Source of the DNA: an uncultured delta proteobacterium
Lineage (GTDB): Bacteria; Myxococcota_A; Polyangia; Polyangiales; Houyiibacteriaceae
Assembly: GCA_963699755.1 (NCBI GenBank)
Contig: CAVOVB010000001.1
Span: 480,001-544,000 of the forward strand
Direction: 5' to 3'
DNA: 64,000 nt
Position 1 is the first letter of the stretch. Each line of letters begins with the position of its first letter. This document shows, piece by piece, positions 47,840-58,447 of this stretch. The notes below the pieces were generated by a model. The model had not been told where the DNA came from, searched no databases, and saw nothing but the letters and a program-made list of their open reading frames with translations. Made by a program: the position numbers and the translations under genes.

Positions 47840-48907
47840 CTAGCGCCCGAGCAGCTCCGCAATGTCGAAGCTCTGCGAGAGCGTGTGAACGATGCTCCGA
47901 GGTTCGACAGACTCGATGAAGGGCAACTGAAGCTGGGGCAGGCCAGGGTATCGTCTGGAGAAGGCCTCCGTGGTGCGGGAAGCAGCATGGTTGCGTGTTG
48001 CCCGTTCATCGTTGAGCGCGATGAGAACATCATCGATGGCCGGGGTCGTCTCGTCCGAAGCCTCGAGCACCTGAACCCAGTCGTGCTCTGGCACGTAGGC
48101 GGAATTAAGGATCAATGCCCGCGGAGTGATTTCGAGCTTTCCAAGCTTCTTGATCAGATAGTCGACATCGTCTCTTGCAGCAGCCGTCGGAGAAGCGACC
48201 GGGTAGTAGCGTGTCTCGGGTCGAAGCAGTAGATTACTCGTATGCTCGTTGAGGAGGATGAAGCGCTCGCGAACGCGCGCCATCTCGGAAAACAATCCTG
48301 CGACGTCCCGTGCCACGGGACCCAGGGCGCGCACGAGTAGTTGTTCGACCCGACCCATCTTGTCGTCTTGCGGCGCAACGCTCGTTCGCTTGCCGATGGC
48401 AGCCATCCAACCGACCGCGCGGCCGCCGAGAAGCTTTGCCAAGCGCTTCGGGTAGGTGATGAAGTCGATGGCGTTGCGAGACGGCGCGGTGTCGATCACC
48501 ACCGCATCTACCTCATGCTCGATGATGGCTCGCCAGGTCAGGCTGATCGCTGCGACCTCGTGGATCCCGGGGACCGCGGCCTCGAGGACACGGTAGAGGC
48601 GGTTCTCGAGCAGCCGCGCGAGCGCCTCGGGCTCCTCCTCGAACAAGAACTCGACGAAGGTGCGCATGGCATCCTCCGGGTCGGGCATGAGCCCAAAGAG
48701 CTGGCTGCTCCCGGAATCGAGCGAAAGCTCACGCGCCTGCGTTCCGAGCTCGACACCCATTGCATCGGCAAGCCGGCGCGCCGGGTCGATGCTGACGATC
48801 AAGGCCCGGTATCCGCTCTTGGCGAGGGCCAGCGCAAATGCCGCCGACACGGTCGTCTTGCCGACGCCTCCACCTCCGGCGCAGACGATGACCACCGGTT
48901 GCTTCAT
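47840..48907 (-). CDS. ArsA/Get3-like ATPase
   Basis: GGGGVGKTT, IDPARRLAD and IDTAP motifs. Confidence 0.85.
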   Translation of the reverse strand: MKQPVVIVCAGGGGVGKTTVSAAFALALAKSGYRALIVSIDPARRLADAMGVELGTQARELSLDSGSSQLFGLMPDPEDAMRTFVEFLFEEEPEALARLLENRLYRVLEAAVPGIHEVAAISLTWRAIIEHEVDAVVIDTAPSRNAIDFITYPKRLAKLLGGRAVGWMAAIGKRTSVAPQDDKMGRVEQLLVRALGPVARDVAGLFSEMARVRERFILLNEHTSNLLLRPETRYYPVASPTAAARDDVDYLIKKLGKLEITPRALILNSAYVPEHDWVQVLEASDETTPAIDDVLIALNDERATRNHAASRTTEAFSRRYPGLPQLQLPFIESVEPRSIVHTLSQSFDIAELLGR

Positions 48908-49827
48908 GCAGCACCTGCGCTCCGCAACCACTCGGCCACGGTTCCCGCGGTCGGATCGGTGGGTGCAAACGGAAGCAAGGTCAGCCCGCTGTCACCGCCC
49001 TTCTCTTCGCCATAGCGGTGCACCGTTTCGTCCAAGGCTTGCATGACTTGCTTTCGCACCACGTCGCGGATCGAGAGAAACGCTGCAAGCTTCTTCGCTG
49101 CCTCGCCAAGCGCGCCTTCAGCTTTCGACATAGCTAGCGCATCGGCGAGCGCGTTCTCGGGAGGCGCGTCCGGCACGCGATTGACGACGAGCCGATCGAC
49201 GGAAAGCCCGACCTCTCTTTCGACCGTCTCGCAGAGCGTCAAGGTTTCCCAGAGCACGAGGCGCTCGGGGAGCGTCACGACGACGATGGAAGCGCGCCCT
49301 GGTGAAATCAGCTCGGCCTCGAGCTTCGCGCAGAGGTCATGAACGGGCCCACGGCCGGTGAGCTCTCGACCTTGCCGGGCGACTTTGAGCCACGCCACGC
49401 TGTGCCCAGTCGCGGGCATGTCGAAGACGACGCGCTTGCCCGGATGCTCTGCGACGACCTGGCGCGCGAGCTCCAAAACGCCGAGCTCGCGAACCGCGGG
49501 GGCGGCGCCGATCAAGGGGCGCATCGCGAAGTTGTCGAGCGCAAGCTTCGCGAGCGTGGCCGACCCGAACACCGGAGCGGCGGCTTTGGCCACGGCCCGG
49601 CTCGGGTCGAGAACGACGTGCTCTAGGCCCCTTGGCCGATCGCGGAGCACCCGCCTTGCTCCGGCACCGTCCCCGAACTCCACGTAAACCGCTTCGCCTT
49701 CCGCTTCCGCGGCCGCGAGCGCAAGCCCGGCTGCCACAGTGGTCTTGCCTACGCCCCCCTTTCCAGTGACGAACACTGCGGGAGCGAGCGGAACGTGTGT
49801 CCCGGTTGTTGCAACGCTAGTCGGCAA
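48904..49827 (-). CDS. ArsA/Get3-like ATPase
   Basis: TGKGGVGKTT, DMPATGH and VTLPE motifs. Confidence 0.85.
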   Translation of the reverse strand: MPTSVATTGTHVPLAPAVFVTGKGGVGKTTVAAGLALAAAEAEGEAVYVEFGDGAGARRVLRDRPRGLEHVVLDPSRAVAKAAAPVFGSATLAKLALDNFAMRPLIGAAPAVRELGVLELARQVVAEHPGKRVVFDMPATGHSVAWLKVARQGRELTGRGPVHDLCAKLEAELISPGRASIVVVTLPERLVLWETLTLCETVEREVGLSVDRLVVNRVPDAPPENALADALAMSKAEGALGEAAKKLAAFLSIRDVVRKQVMQALDETVHRYGEEKGGDSGLTLLPFAPTDPTAGTVAEWLRSAGAA

Positions 49828-50881
49828 GGCCGGACGCCATCCCTTCGAGAACCTCAGCGAGCATCAGAACATACGCTTCGCGGATGAACCCAACGTAGTG
49901 CGGTGCAGTATGCCCACCGGCGCGGGTGAGCGCCTCGATGCCGCGCACGGTTTCGTGCCAAGTCCGGCAGATGTCTTCGTACCTCCATTGGCCGGAGATG
50001 ACGGGAGTCAATCGCCCGTCTTCGACGTCGGTCTCGATGTCGAGATAGTCGTCCATCATCTGCACGAAGAGCGAGACCTCATACATCCAGGGCCGGGCCC
50101 CCTCGCCCGCGTATTGGTGCACCGGAAACAGCAGGCCGTCGATCGTTCCTTGAATGCCCGCCAATCGATGGCCGAGCCCGGTCGCGTCGCTGACGCCAGT
50201 CATCCCGGCCACTTCGGAATCGACCCAGTCCTTGAGTCGTCCGACCGCATGCTCAAACGGCACTCGCTCAGTAGGGGTCAAACCTCGTTCCATCTCCACC
50301 TGTAGGGCGCGCGTCAGTCGGAGCTCGGGGGTGTCCGGTTCCCAATCGCCATCGAGGAGTGCGTGGAGCTTGCGGCCTCGTTCCTCGGGCCGGTCCTCCA
50401 TGCAGTGGTCGAAGGCATGATCGATCATCGCGATGAACGCCGCGATGAGAATGATGCGACGGTGCTGGTCGGCCAGCGCCACGCGGCCGAGCACGTTGAG
50501 CGCCGCACGCGCCGCAAGACCGAGCACTTGGTTCGGCAAGGCCAGTCGATTCCCAATCTCGGTGATGAGAGCCACCGAAGCTGGCCTCTTCGGCGCACAG
50601 AAGAGCACCGTGTACGGTGCCGACGCGTACAGATCGCAAGCAGCCAGGCGCATTTTGACGGCAAACGGATCTCGGAGCATCGCCGGCCAGTGCTGGCGAA
50701 TCAGCGGCATGACGAACTGATCGTAGTGGCGGGAAGTGACCTCTCGGATCCCGACGGTGAGCTGTGCGACCGAGGGATCGGCTTTTCCGATGAGGGCGCG
50801 GAGCTGCTCGATGCGCTCGTCGCGCGAAAGCTCAGATGCTGGGATCACGGTTTGCGAAGTCTGGGAACTGGGGTTGAACAT
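49817..50881 (-). CDS. Class I isoprenoid-synthase-fold protein
   Basis: All-helical; IDHAFD and QMMDDYLDIETDVEDG aspartate-rich motifs. Confidence 0.6.
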   Translation of the reverse strand: MFNPSSQTSQTVIPASELSRDERIEQLRALIGKADPSVAQLTVGIREVTSRHYDQFVMPLIRQHWPAMLRDPFAVKMRLAACDLYASAPYTVLFCAPKRPASVALITEIGNRLALPNQVLGLAARAALNVLGRVALADQHRRIILIAAFIAMIDHAFDHCMEDRPEERGRKLHALLDGDWEPDTPELRLTRALQVEMERGLTPTERVPFEHAVGRLKDWVDSEVAGMTGVSDATGLGHRLAGIQGTIDGLLFPVHQYAGEGARPWMYEVSLFVQMMDDYLDIETDVEDGRLTPVISGQWRYEDICRTWHETVRGIEALTRAGGHTAPHYVGFIREAYVLMLAEVLEGMASGLAD

Positions 50882-50939
50882 GAGTCGATGCGAGCGTAGC
50901 AGCAGAATTTTCCGAGGGCTGCCCTCGGTGGCGATTGGG

Positions 50940-51569
50940 TCACAGGTGTAGAAGCTCTTCCGGGCTCTCGATGAAGCGGCTTGGACCTGCGGCTTCCAAG
51001 GTCTCTCGCGCGAAAGGGCCCCAGCTTACCGCTGCGGTCTCGACACCTGCCCGCCGACCGGCCTCGATGTCGTGATGGGAGTCGCCAATGAAGATCGCCT
51101 CCGCCGGTGACGCATCGAGAGCCGCCAGGGCCTTGAGCACAGGTTCGGGGTGCGGCTTGCCTCGGACGACGTCATCTGCGCAGATGCGAACCGAAAACTC
51201 CTCCTCGAGGCCGAGCAGTCGCAACCCTCGATTTGCGCCCCGGCTGAGCTTACTAGTCACCAAAGCGAGCCGTGCCTCGCTGCGGTGGAGCGTTTTCACG
51301 ACCTCGATGACGCCGGGGTATGGCTTTGCCATTTCATCATGATGCTCGAGGTTATAGTCGCGGTAGGACTCGAGCATCGCGTCGAGCTCCTCTTCAGAGC
51401 TCGCGAGCTCGCTGAGCTGGACGCGAAGCGGCGTACCAACGCCCGCAAGCCATCGGGCGTCCGACCGCTCGGGGCAACCGTGGACGCGCGCGGTGTGATG
51501 GAACGACTTCAAAATGAGCTCGATCGAGTCGAGCAGGGTTCCATCGAGATCGAAGAGGTAGGTTTTCAT
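50940..51569 (-). CDS. HAD phosphatase (PpaX-like)
   Basis: FDLDGTLLDS, VTSK, KPHPEP and IGDS motifs. Confidence 0.9.
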   Translation of the reverse strand: MKTYLFDLDGTLLDSIELILKSFHHTARVHGCPERSDARWLAGVGTPLRVQLSELASSEEELDAMLESYRDYNLEHHDEMAKPYPGVIEVVKTLHRSEARLALVTSKLSRGANRGLRLLGLEEEFSVRICADDVVRGKPHPEPVLKALAALDASPAEAIFIGDSHHDIEAGRRAGVETAAVSWGPFARETLEAAGPSRFIESPEELLHL

Positions 51570-51597
51570 ATCGATGACCGATCTGGGCAGGGCCTGC

Positions 51598-52146
51598 TCA
51601 CCAAGCGCCTGTCCCAGGCTCTCCCTTGAAAGGCCCGACCACGTCCGGTGTGACCCAACCTCCGTAGAAGCCCCCCGGCTGTGGAGCGACGCGGTGCTCC
51701 GCGACATAGCACTTGAGCTTGCTCGGGTAGAAGCTCAGATACCCGCGGATAGCAGCGAAGTCTACAAACGGTTCTTCGTAGCTCCAGGCTGCGTTCTGGC
51801 TCTCATGTCCTTCGAGCCGCAGTGACCAGTACGTCGCCAGCCCCTTCCACTCGCAGAGCGAGGCTCCCCGGGCTCGTGAAAGGAGCTCGGTCCGAACGTC
51901 CTGCGGCGGGACGTAGAAGGTGGGTGGGCTCGCCGTCTCGAGAACGCGGATCGCTTGGCGCGACTCTGCGATGACCGTGCTTGCGTGCACGACCCGAACG
52001 AGACGGGTGTCGGGTTCGAGCCGCGGCGGGCGCGGGTAGTCCCAAACCGATTCCTGACCCGGTGCTGGTCGAACGGCCCAGTCCGGCCGTCCCGCGCCAC
52101 GATGGCTCCACTGAGCGCGCGCTTGCATGAGATCGTCTTCGTTCAT
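51598..52146 (-). CDS. DUF427-domain protein
   Basis: ESVWDYPRPP, CEWKG and FYGGW motifs. Confidence 0.85.
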   Translation of the reverse strand: MNEDDLMQARAQWSHRGAGRPDWAVRPAPGQESVWDYPRPPRLEPDTRLVRVVHASTVIAESRQAIRVLETASPPTFYVPPQDVRTELLSRARGASLCEWKGLATYWSLRLEGHESQNAAWSYEEPFVDFAAIRGYLSFYPSKLKCYVAEHRVAPQPGGFYGGWVTPDVVGPFKGEPGTGAW

Positions 52147-52192
52147 GCAACGACGATAGGGCCGGCAAGGCTCATCCGGGAGTGACCTTGCG

Positions 52193-52636
52193 CTACTCGC
52201 ACGCTTCTCGCGTGACTTGATGTCGGAAGTCGAACATGCGTTCGAGATTTCGGCGCGCAAAGCCGCCTCCAAAGGCGCGGCCGAGGATGCCCAGCGGGAG
52301 CTCGTATTCGATGTCATCGGTCAACAGGCACTGATTTTCGCCACGGGGTGTGACGATGTGCTTGTGCAACCAGCTCGCAAAGGGGCCCTTCACCATGCGG
52401 TCTGCAAACATCCGCCCAGGCTCGTAGGCAACGTGCTCGGCGACGATGGTTTGCCACAGCGGCCCCACCTTGACCTGCAAGATGACCTGCGTCCCGACCT
52501 CGAGTGAAGTCGGTGGTTGGACGATCCTAGTCGTCTGCCACGGCGGCTGCAGCCTTTCGAACGCATCAGGCGCTTCATGAAACGCGAACACCTTTTGAGC
52601 GCTCGCATCGATCAGGCTCTCTTTGACGAATCGCAT
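52193..52636 (-). CDS. SRPBCC/cyclase-family protein
   Basis: VFAFHE, FADRMVKGPFASWLHKH and MFDFRH motifs. Confidence 0.8.
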   Translation of the reverse strand: MRFVKESLIDASAQKVFAFHEAPDAFERLQPPWQTTRIVQPPTSLEVGTQVILQVKVGPLWQTIVAEHVAYEPGRMFADRMVKGPFASWLHKHIVTPRGENQCLLTDDIEYELPLGILGRAFGGGFARRNLERMFDFRHQVTREACE

Positions 52637-52801
52637 GTCTTTCCCCTGCTGGAGCCCTAGCACGCGTTCGCGCTGCCCACGATGGGATCTTCGCGCCCGC
52701 TTGCTCGATCCCACGTCAGTGGTACCGTCCGGCTCACAGAGGTCGAGGCGTCGCTGAGCGGATAACCCGCACTCGGTCGTGCCTGTGTCGAGAGGCGCGG
52801 A

Positions 52802-53761
52802 GTGTCCCAGGCTGGACGAAAACGAGCAGGACGATGGACTGCGGTCCTTGTCGGGTCGCTCGCGGCGCACCTCCTCGCGCTTTGGGCCTTGGGCCGTCTC
52901 CCACGTTACTCGGCCACATGGACACCGAACGTGATCGACGTCGCGTTCACCATTGCAGACCCTCAGCCAGCCGCGGCGACCGCTAGGAGGGAGCCCATCG
53001 AGCTTTCGGATCCCGAAATCGCTTTGCCGATAGCGGTGACGCAGCCCAGGCGGCCCAGCAACAGAGCCGATCGAAGCGTCGATCCAAAGCCCATCGCGAC
53101 CCCGCGGCCGCCCTCGGAAGCCGAGGTGCTCGTCGCGCTCGACCCGAGCAGCGTCGCGCGCGCTTTCCTCATCACTCAAGAAGCCAGCGCAAGCGACCCG
53201 TCAGAAGAAGCGCAGAACGGTTCGCGGCCGGCCGAAGCGGAGGCTGGGCCAAGGAACTACTTCGAAGGCGTCGGCGCCAAGCAGCACCTCTCCGTCCGTG
53301 ACCCTCCGAAGCTCCGCCGGCACCGGGATGGGACCCATCACTACCAGGGCCATGCGTTTAAAGCGATCGTCGAGAAGGACGGCTCGGTCACCTTCGACGA
53401 TGGCTACGGCCAGGGGGTCACCGTCCGATTCGACATCAGCGAGCTCATGATGAGAAGGCGCGGCGAAGACCCGTACCGAGTCGAGAAGAACTGGTTCCTC
53501 GAGGGCACCTCGGAGTTTCGCCAAGAGCTCTTCGAACGCTGGAAGGCCAAACAGACTCTCGTCGCCCTCCGCAAGCTCCGCATCAGCCTTCTCCGTATCT
53601 CGGAAGACGAAGCCCTCACCGGCGGACAGAAGGCCGACCGGGTGATCGCGATGTTCCAAGATACCGCAGAGGACGAAGCGGGCGCCTCCGCGCGCGAGGC
53701 GATTGCCGAGTTCGTGGCGGAGCGAATGCCAGAGGTCGAGCTGCCGCGCGACGCTCAGTGA
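52802..53761 (+). CDS. Hypothetical membrane-anchored protein with Pro-rich linker
   Basis: N-terminal SLAAH TM segment (TonB-like anchor), Pro-rich region, helical C-terminus. Confidence 0.6.
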   Translation: MSQAGRKRAGRWTAVLVGSLAAHLLALWALGRLPRYSATWTPNVIDVAFTIADPQPAAATARREPIELSDPEIALPIAVTQPRRPSNRADRSVDPKPIATPRPPSEAEVLVALDPSSVARAFLITQEASASDPSEEAQNGSRPAEAEAGPRNYFEGVGAKQHLSVRDPPKLRRHRDGTHHYQGHAFKAIVEKDGSVTFDDGYGQGVTVRFDISELMMRRRGEDPYRVEKNWFLEGTSEFRQELFERWKAKQTLVALRKLRISLLRISEDEALTGGQKADRVIAMFQDTAEDEAGASAREAIAEFVAERMPEVELPRDAQ

Positions 53762-53835
53762 TCCTGAGCGCCGCCCCGCGAACCCGATCCGCGCTTCTGC
53801 ACTTTACGCCCGCGCGCGCAGCGCCCAGTCCTCAC

Positions 53836-56415
53836 TCAGTTGTCAGCGGTCGAGATGACGGTCTCGGAGATCTTTGCGGCTTCGACGTCCGCGGGGCAGT
53901 AGGGCATGTCGTTCCAACCCTTGCCCGACATCAGCTCCGTCCAATCGGAGTAGTGCGGCGACGTCGGGTCGGTCGACTGCGAGTAGGTGAGCACCGCAAA
54001 GGCATCCGGGCATTCTGATTCGTCCCAGGTCACCGTTTGGATGTAGCTGTTGCCGGCGCGGATGTCGCTATAGCCCTCGCCGTCGACGTAGTTGGCGCTG
54101 ATGACGCTCCACATGAAGCCCCCCGATCCGCCGTGTACGGGAATCTGGGCACTGCGATCGCCATTCCAACGGAATTGAATCGAGCCCCAGTCCGCGTCGA
54201 GCGCCGTGCCTCGGCTGACCATGGTGTCCACGCCTGCGCCAATTCCACACCGAATCGCTTCGACCACGGCTGCGTCGGCCATGTTGACCGTGCGCGGCGT
54301 GTTGACGGCGTCGTTCGGATCGAAGGGCACGACCCAGAACGACTCCCCGCGCGCAATGCGAGGCCAGACTTCATTCCAGAGCCCGGCGCCAACGCTGTCG
54401 ATGTTGAAGAGACGGTCCCAGTCGGCGAGAATCGCGCAGGCGCCTTGGGCCACCGCCGGGTTGGCGCTATACGGATTTCCGCCACAGTCTCCCGCCGACC
54501 AATCCGCAACGCCGTTGCAGGCAGTCAGGACGTCGTCGAGGGTGAGCTCTGCCGCGATGTTGCGACTGCCGAACATCACGTCCCGGAGATTGGCGATGGT
54601 GAAGCCCGGGGCGCCGAGCCCATCGGTGCCCGCGATGCGCTCCTCGGCTTGGACGAACCCTTGCCGCGTGCGGAGCGACTGCTGAATGCGCTCCGGCGGC
54701 TCGAAACCGTTTCGCCCCATCAGCGGCGAGTAGTCCTCGAGCAGCATGTTCGGGCTGCTGAGCCAGTAGCTGTCATTCGAATTCGAGACGTAGGGGACGG
54801 TCTCGCTCGTCCGAATCTTCGGGAGGTTGCCGAATCCGAGCAGCCCTTCGGGGCCGTCGGGATCGGTGCCCCACTCGCACTCGCTCCGCGACCCGTCGAG
54901 CGTCGCAATGCCCTGGCCGGTGATGGCCAGCCCGAAGAGGTTGTTCCCGCAGTCGTCGAGCTTTGCCTTGCTGACATTCGGCACGGTCGAGACGTCGGCG
55001 TAGTACCCGGTGCCCGCACGATCAGCAGCGATCGTGTTGACCCAGGGGAGCGCGATGTCTTTGAGCGCGTCCTCGAGCTCGTCGATCGAGCGCGACTGAC
55101 CCATCTTGGTGAATTGATCGAGGATTCTGGTGTTGTCGATGTTCGCATCTCGAACGGCAAATGCGTTACCCCCAATCGCCGTCGGCCAGCCTGCAGCCAA
55201 GCTGCTCAGCGCGCCCAGGTCCAAGATCGGGCCGTAGTGCGTCATGTAGATGTTCTTGGTTCGCTCCTCGATGGTGCCGTCTGGGAGCTTGACCTCGATC
55301 GTGACCGGATTGGTTTCGATGTCGCGAATCTCGTCGTCGTAGTGATACTGGTACGGGTTGTCGTCGACCAGATCCAGCACATAGAGGCCGAAGCGCTGCG
55401 CCGTCGACACCGTGTGCGACCAGGCCAGGTCGCCGTTGAAGCCGATGTTGACCACTGGCACGCCCTGAAGCGACGCGCCCATCACGTCGTACTGCCCCGG
55501 GACCGTCAGGTGCTGGACATACCAGCGCTCCGGGCCCTGCCAGGGGAAATGGGGGTTTCCGAGGAGGAGCCCGCTCGCGCTCTGCGAGCCCTCGGCGCCG
55601 ATGCCGTATGCATTGCTGCCCATTTGCGTTGGCTCGGGCAGGCCGAGCGCGGAGAAGTCGACCGGCTCGCTTTGGATCAAACCCCTGTCCAAGCTCGCCA
55701 ATGATTGAGTCGGCGCCGAGTCGTTGGCTGCGATGATCAGGTTGGTAAGCTGCGAGATACCCGCACGGAGGATTAGCTTGCGGTAGACCTTGGCGAGGTC
55801 GACGTCGGTGATTGGGCGAACCCATTCAGCATCGCGACAGCCCTCGGGGCCTTCCGGCAAATTCTCCACCCCTGTCTCCTCCAGGTACCGGCTGAACCCG
55901 GCCGCATAGCCAAGCGCGAGGTGCTGAAGATTCCGGCTGGCCGCGGGCAGAAACACGTTCGCGACGTACTCGTCGCTAGCGAAGAAGCGGTAAATGTAGT
56001 CTCGGTTCTGGTTGCTGTTGCTGTCTCCTAAGTATCGCGCGCTTTCTCCGTTGGCGACGACGATCTCGCGCATCAAGACACAGAAGTTGTCCTGCGCGTA
56101 GGCATAGCCCGCGCCGTATCCGAGGCCGCCGAAGTTGTCGGCGGTGACGTGTGGAATGCCGTAGGTCGTCCGGACGATCGTCGCGCTGAAGTCTTCCGAG
56201 AGCGCGCCACCAATGCCGCCCATGCCGCTTTCACCGCCGAGGCCGCCCGCTCCACCGGCGCCGCCGCCACCTGTCGCGCCGCCGGTACCCGACATGCCGC
56301 CGCTGCCCGCCGTGCCGCTGTCGCCACCGGAGCCTGTCTGCGCAGTGTCACTGGAGCCGCAACCCACCGAAAGGGCAAGCACCGCAAGCCCAAGCCAAGC
56401 CAAAGATCGAATCAT
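53836..56415 (-). CDS. Penicillin/AHL acylase-family Ntn hydrolase lipoprotein (PvdQ-like)
   Basis: Lipobox SVGC; RTTYGIPHV; GSNAY beta-chain Ser; LLGNPHFPW. Confidence 0.9.
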   Translation of the reverse strand: MIRSLAWLGLAVLALSVGCGSSDTAQTGSGGDSGTAGSGGMSGTGGATGGGGAGGAGGLGGESGMGGIGGALSEDFSATIVRTTYGIPHVTADNFGGLGYGAGYAYAQDNFCVLMREIVVANGESARYLGDSNSNQNRDYIYRFFASDEYVANVFLPAASRNLQHLALGYAAGFSRYLEETGVENLPEGPEGCRDAEWVRPITDVDLAKVYRKLILRAGISQLTNLIIAANDSAPTQSLASLDRGLIQSEPVDFSALGLPEPTQMGSNAYGIGAEGSQSASGLLLGNPHFPWQGPERWYVQHLTVPGQYDVMGASLQGVPVVNIGFNGDLAWSHTVSTAQRFGLYVLDLVDDNPYQYHYDDEIRDIETNPVTIEVKLPDGTIEERTKNIYMTHYGPILDLGALSSLAAGWPTAIGGNAFAVRDANIDNTRILDQFTKMGQSRSIDELEDALKDIALPWVNTIAADRAGTGYYADVSTVPNVSKAKLDDCGNNLFGLAITGQGIATLDGSRSECEWGTDPDGPEGLLGFGNLPKIRTSETVPYVSNSNDSYWLSSPNMLLEDYSPLMGRNGFEPPERIQQSLRTRQGFVQAEERIAGTDGLGAPGFTIANLRDVMFGSRNIAAELTLDDVLTACNGVADWSAGDCGGNPYSANPAVAQGACAILADWDRLFNIDSVGAGLWNEVWPRIARGESFWVVPFDPNDAVNTPRTVNMADAAVVEAIRCGIGAGVDTMVSRGTALDADWGSIQFRWNGDRSAQIPVHGGSGGFMWSVISANYVDGEGYSDIRAGNSYIQTVTWDESECPDAFAVLTYSQSTDPTSPHYSDWTELMSGKGWNDMPYCPADVEAAKISETVISTADN

Positions 56416-56644
56416 CGAGAACCTCCTACCGAGCCAGCCGGGCTCGGAACCGCCGTGGGAGGCTATCCTGGACCACCGGCAGCTGTCTACCTCGACATCC
56501 AGAGCGCGCAATTGCAACGCAACCCGCCACCACAAACCTCGAGGCAACCCTATTCGGTCGACTCGACTCGGGGCGCAGGCTGGGTTCAGGGGTCACAGCC
56601 GATGGTGCTTGTGAGTCCTCGGTCCTGTGATAAAAGCATCAGCC

Positions 56645-58447
56645 ATGCGACATGAATGCTTGAAGTTGGCGATTTGCGCCGCGATCTCTGGTACAGCAAT
56701 TTTCGGGTGCGATTCCAGCAGCGGAGCAACGACGCCTTCCACGAGCTGCGCGGACGCAGCGGCCGATGCAACGCAGACCTGCCTCAGCGAAGTCAACGCG
56801 GCCTGGGAGGCCTGCTACGAGAACGGCGACACGGCCTGCGGCGCGGATGACCCGGCGGTCGCCGCAGCACTCGACGCGCTCGAGTCGACCGTGACCGCCA
56901 GCTGCACCGATGGCGAGCTCAAGTCGCTCGACGTGACGGCGCTGGTCGGACGGCTTCAAACCTCGTGTGCCTCCGAAGCCATGTCGCTCGCATCTCGTTC
57001 CTATGGCGGTCCGCAGGGAGCGGTCTGGGCGGACGGCGACGTGGACAACCAGGCTTGTATTCAGGCCGCGCACCTCAGCGCGTCGAATCTAATCGACGCC
57101 GTGGTCGCAGGCGGAAACGACTGTCTCGCGTCCGAAGTCTGCGACGAAGCCACCTTCGATGCCGACGTCGTCGCACTCGCGGCATCGGCAACGGAAGAGA
57201 TCGCGCAATCCTGCGATGCGCTCGAGAGCCTGATTGCGCTCACGCCTGCACAATACGTCGAACGAGCGGTGCACCAGTCAAACTGCGTCATCGCCACGGT
57301 CAATGCGGACACGGCTCCGCTCACGCTCTCGTGCGGGCCTGAACGTGCCGGCGAGACCCCGGCGCGCGGCGAATACGTCCAGGTCGTGCTCGACGGCGAG
57401 GAGTGGGGCACCCTCTGCGGCGACGGGAGCCCGTTTGCCTTCCAACTTCGACTTGCGCCCGAAGGCGAGCCGCTCGACCGCGTGCTGATCGGCATGGAGG
57501 GCGGAGGCGTCTGCGTCTTCGAGGCGGACTGCTCGAACATCGTTGACAACGCCCCTGACTTGCTCGAAGCGCTCAGCGATGAAGCGCCGACCAGCGGAAT
57601 TATGAGCAACGATCCGGAAGCCAACCCGTTCGCAAACTGGACCAAGGTGTTCCTGCCGTACTGCAATCAGGACGTCTACACCGGGGGAGGCGTCGAACAG
57701 CCCTTCACCGACTTCACCATTCAGCGATACGGCGCCCTCAACGTTCGGGCCGCCGTCGAGTACGTTCGCAACCTGCTCTGGCGCATGCTCGACGAAGAGG
57801 GGGGCGACGGGTACCGACCCGATCAGATCACAGCCGCGCTAGGAGGTTGGTCTGCCGGCGGGTTCGGCACGCTCTACAACTACCACTGGGTGCTCGACGA
57901 TCTCCAATGGCCGCAGACCAGCGGCTTCCCCGACGCTTCGCTCGCGCTCGACAGCGGGGGTTTCCCCAGCATCAGCGCGCTGGGCGTCCTCCTGGTCGCC
58001 CAATGGGCGGCCTTGCCCAACTTCCCGCCATACTGCTTTGCGGGTGACTGCGCCGTCGGTCCCACGCTCTATGCCGCAACCACGCCTCGTCTGAAGGCCG
58101 TGCCGAATCAGCAGCTCTTGATCCTGACCAATCAGAACGACAGTACGCAGGTGGGGACGACGTTCTTCCCGAGCACCGAGGCCTGGATCAACGCGGAGCG
58201 CGCATCGGTATGCGACACGCGCGACCTCGATGGCATCCAGTACTATCTGACCAGCGACACCGAAAGCGTGCACGTCGTGTCGCTTGGACCTCTCTATGAA
58301 GGCTCGGTCGACGGCGAGGTCATGTCTGACTGGCTTTGGAACGGCGTCGTCGCGGATCCCGAGAACGTGGTCGACCGGATGGAGGAAGGCGACTTCCAGA
58401 ACGCGATCGAGGGCGTAAACGCTTTCCCCTGCGCGGTGGCGCCGTAA
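56645..58447 (+). CDS. Pectin acetylesterase-family lipoprotein with Cys-rich N-terminal domain
   Basis: Lipobox IFGC; CGDGS, EGGGVC, LPYC and GWSAGG motifs. Confidence 0.75.
   Translation: MRHECLKLAICAAISGTAIFGCDSSSGATTPSTSCADAAADATQTCLSEVNAAWEACYENGDTACGADDPAVAAALDALESTVTASCTDGELKSLDVTALVGRLQTSCASEAMSLASRSYGGPQGAVWADGDVDNQACIQAAHLSASNLIDAVVAGGNDCLASEVCDEATFDADVVALAASATEEIAQSCDALESLIALTPAQYVERAVHQSNCVIATVNADTAPLTLSCGPERAGETPARGEYVQVVLDGEEWGTLCGDGSPFAFQLRLAPEGEPLDRVLIGMEGGGVCVFEADCSNIVDNAPDLLEALSDEAPTSGIMSNDPEANPFANWTKVFLPYCNQDVYTGGGVEQPFTDFTIQRYGALNVRAAVEYVRNLLWRMLDEEGGDGYRPDQITAALGGWSAGGFGTLYNYHWVLDDLQWPQTSGFPDASLALDSGGFPSISALGVLLVAQWAALPNFPPYCFAGDCAVGPTLYAATTPRLKAVPNQQLLILTNQNDSTQVGTTFFPSTEAWINAERASVCDTRDLDGIQYYLTSDTESVHVVSLGPLYEGSVDGEVMSDWLWNGVVADPENVVDRMEEGDFQNAIEGVNAFPCAVAP

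Noticed and set aside
47840..49827. Arsenic resistance operon
   Set aside because: No arsB/acr3, arsC, arsD or arsR; motifs fit the paired non-arsenic ArsA-like class
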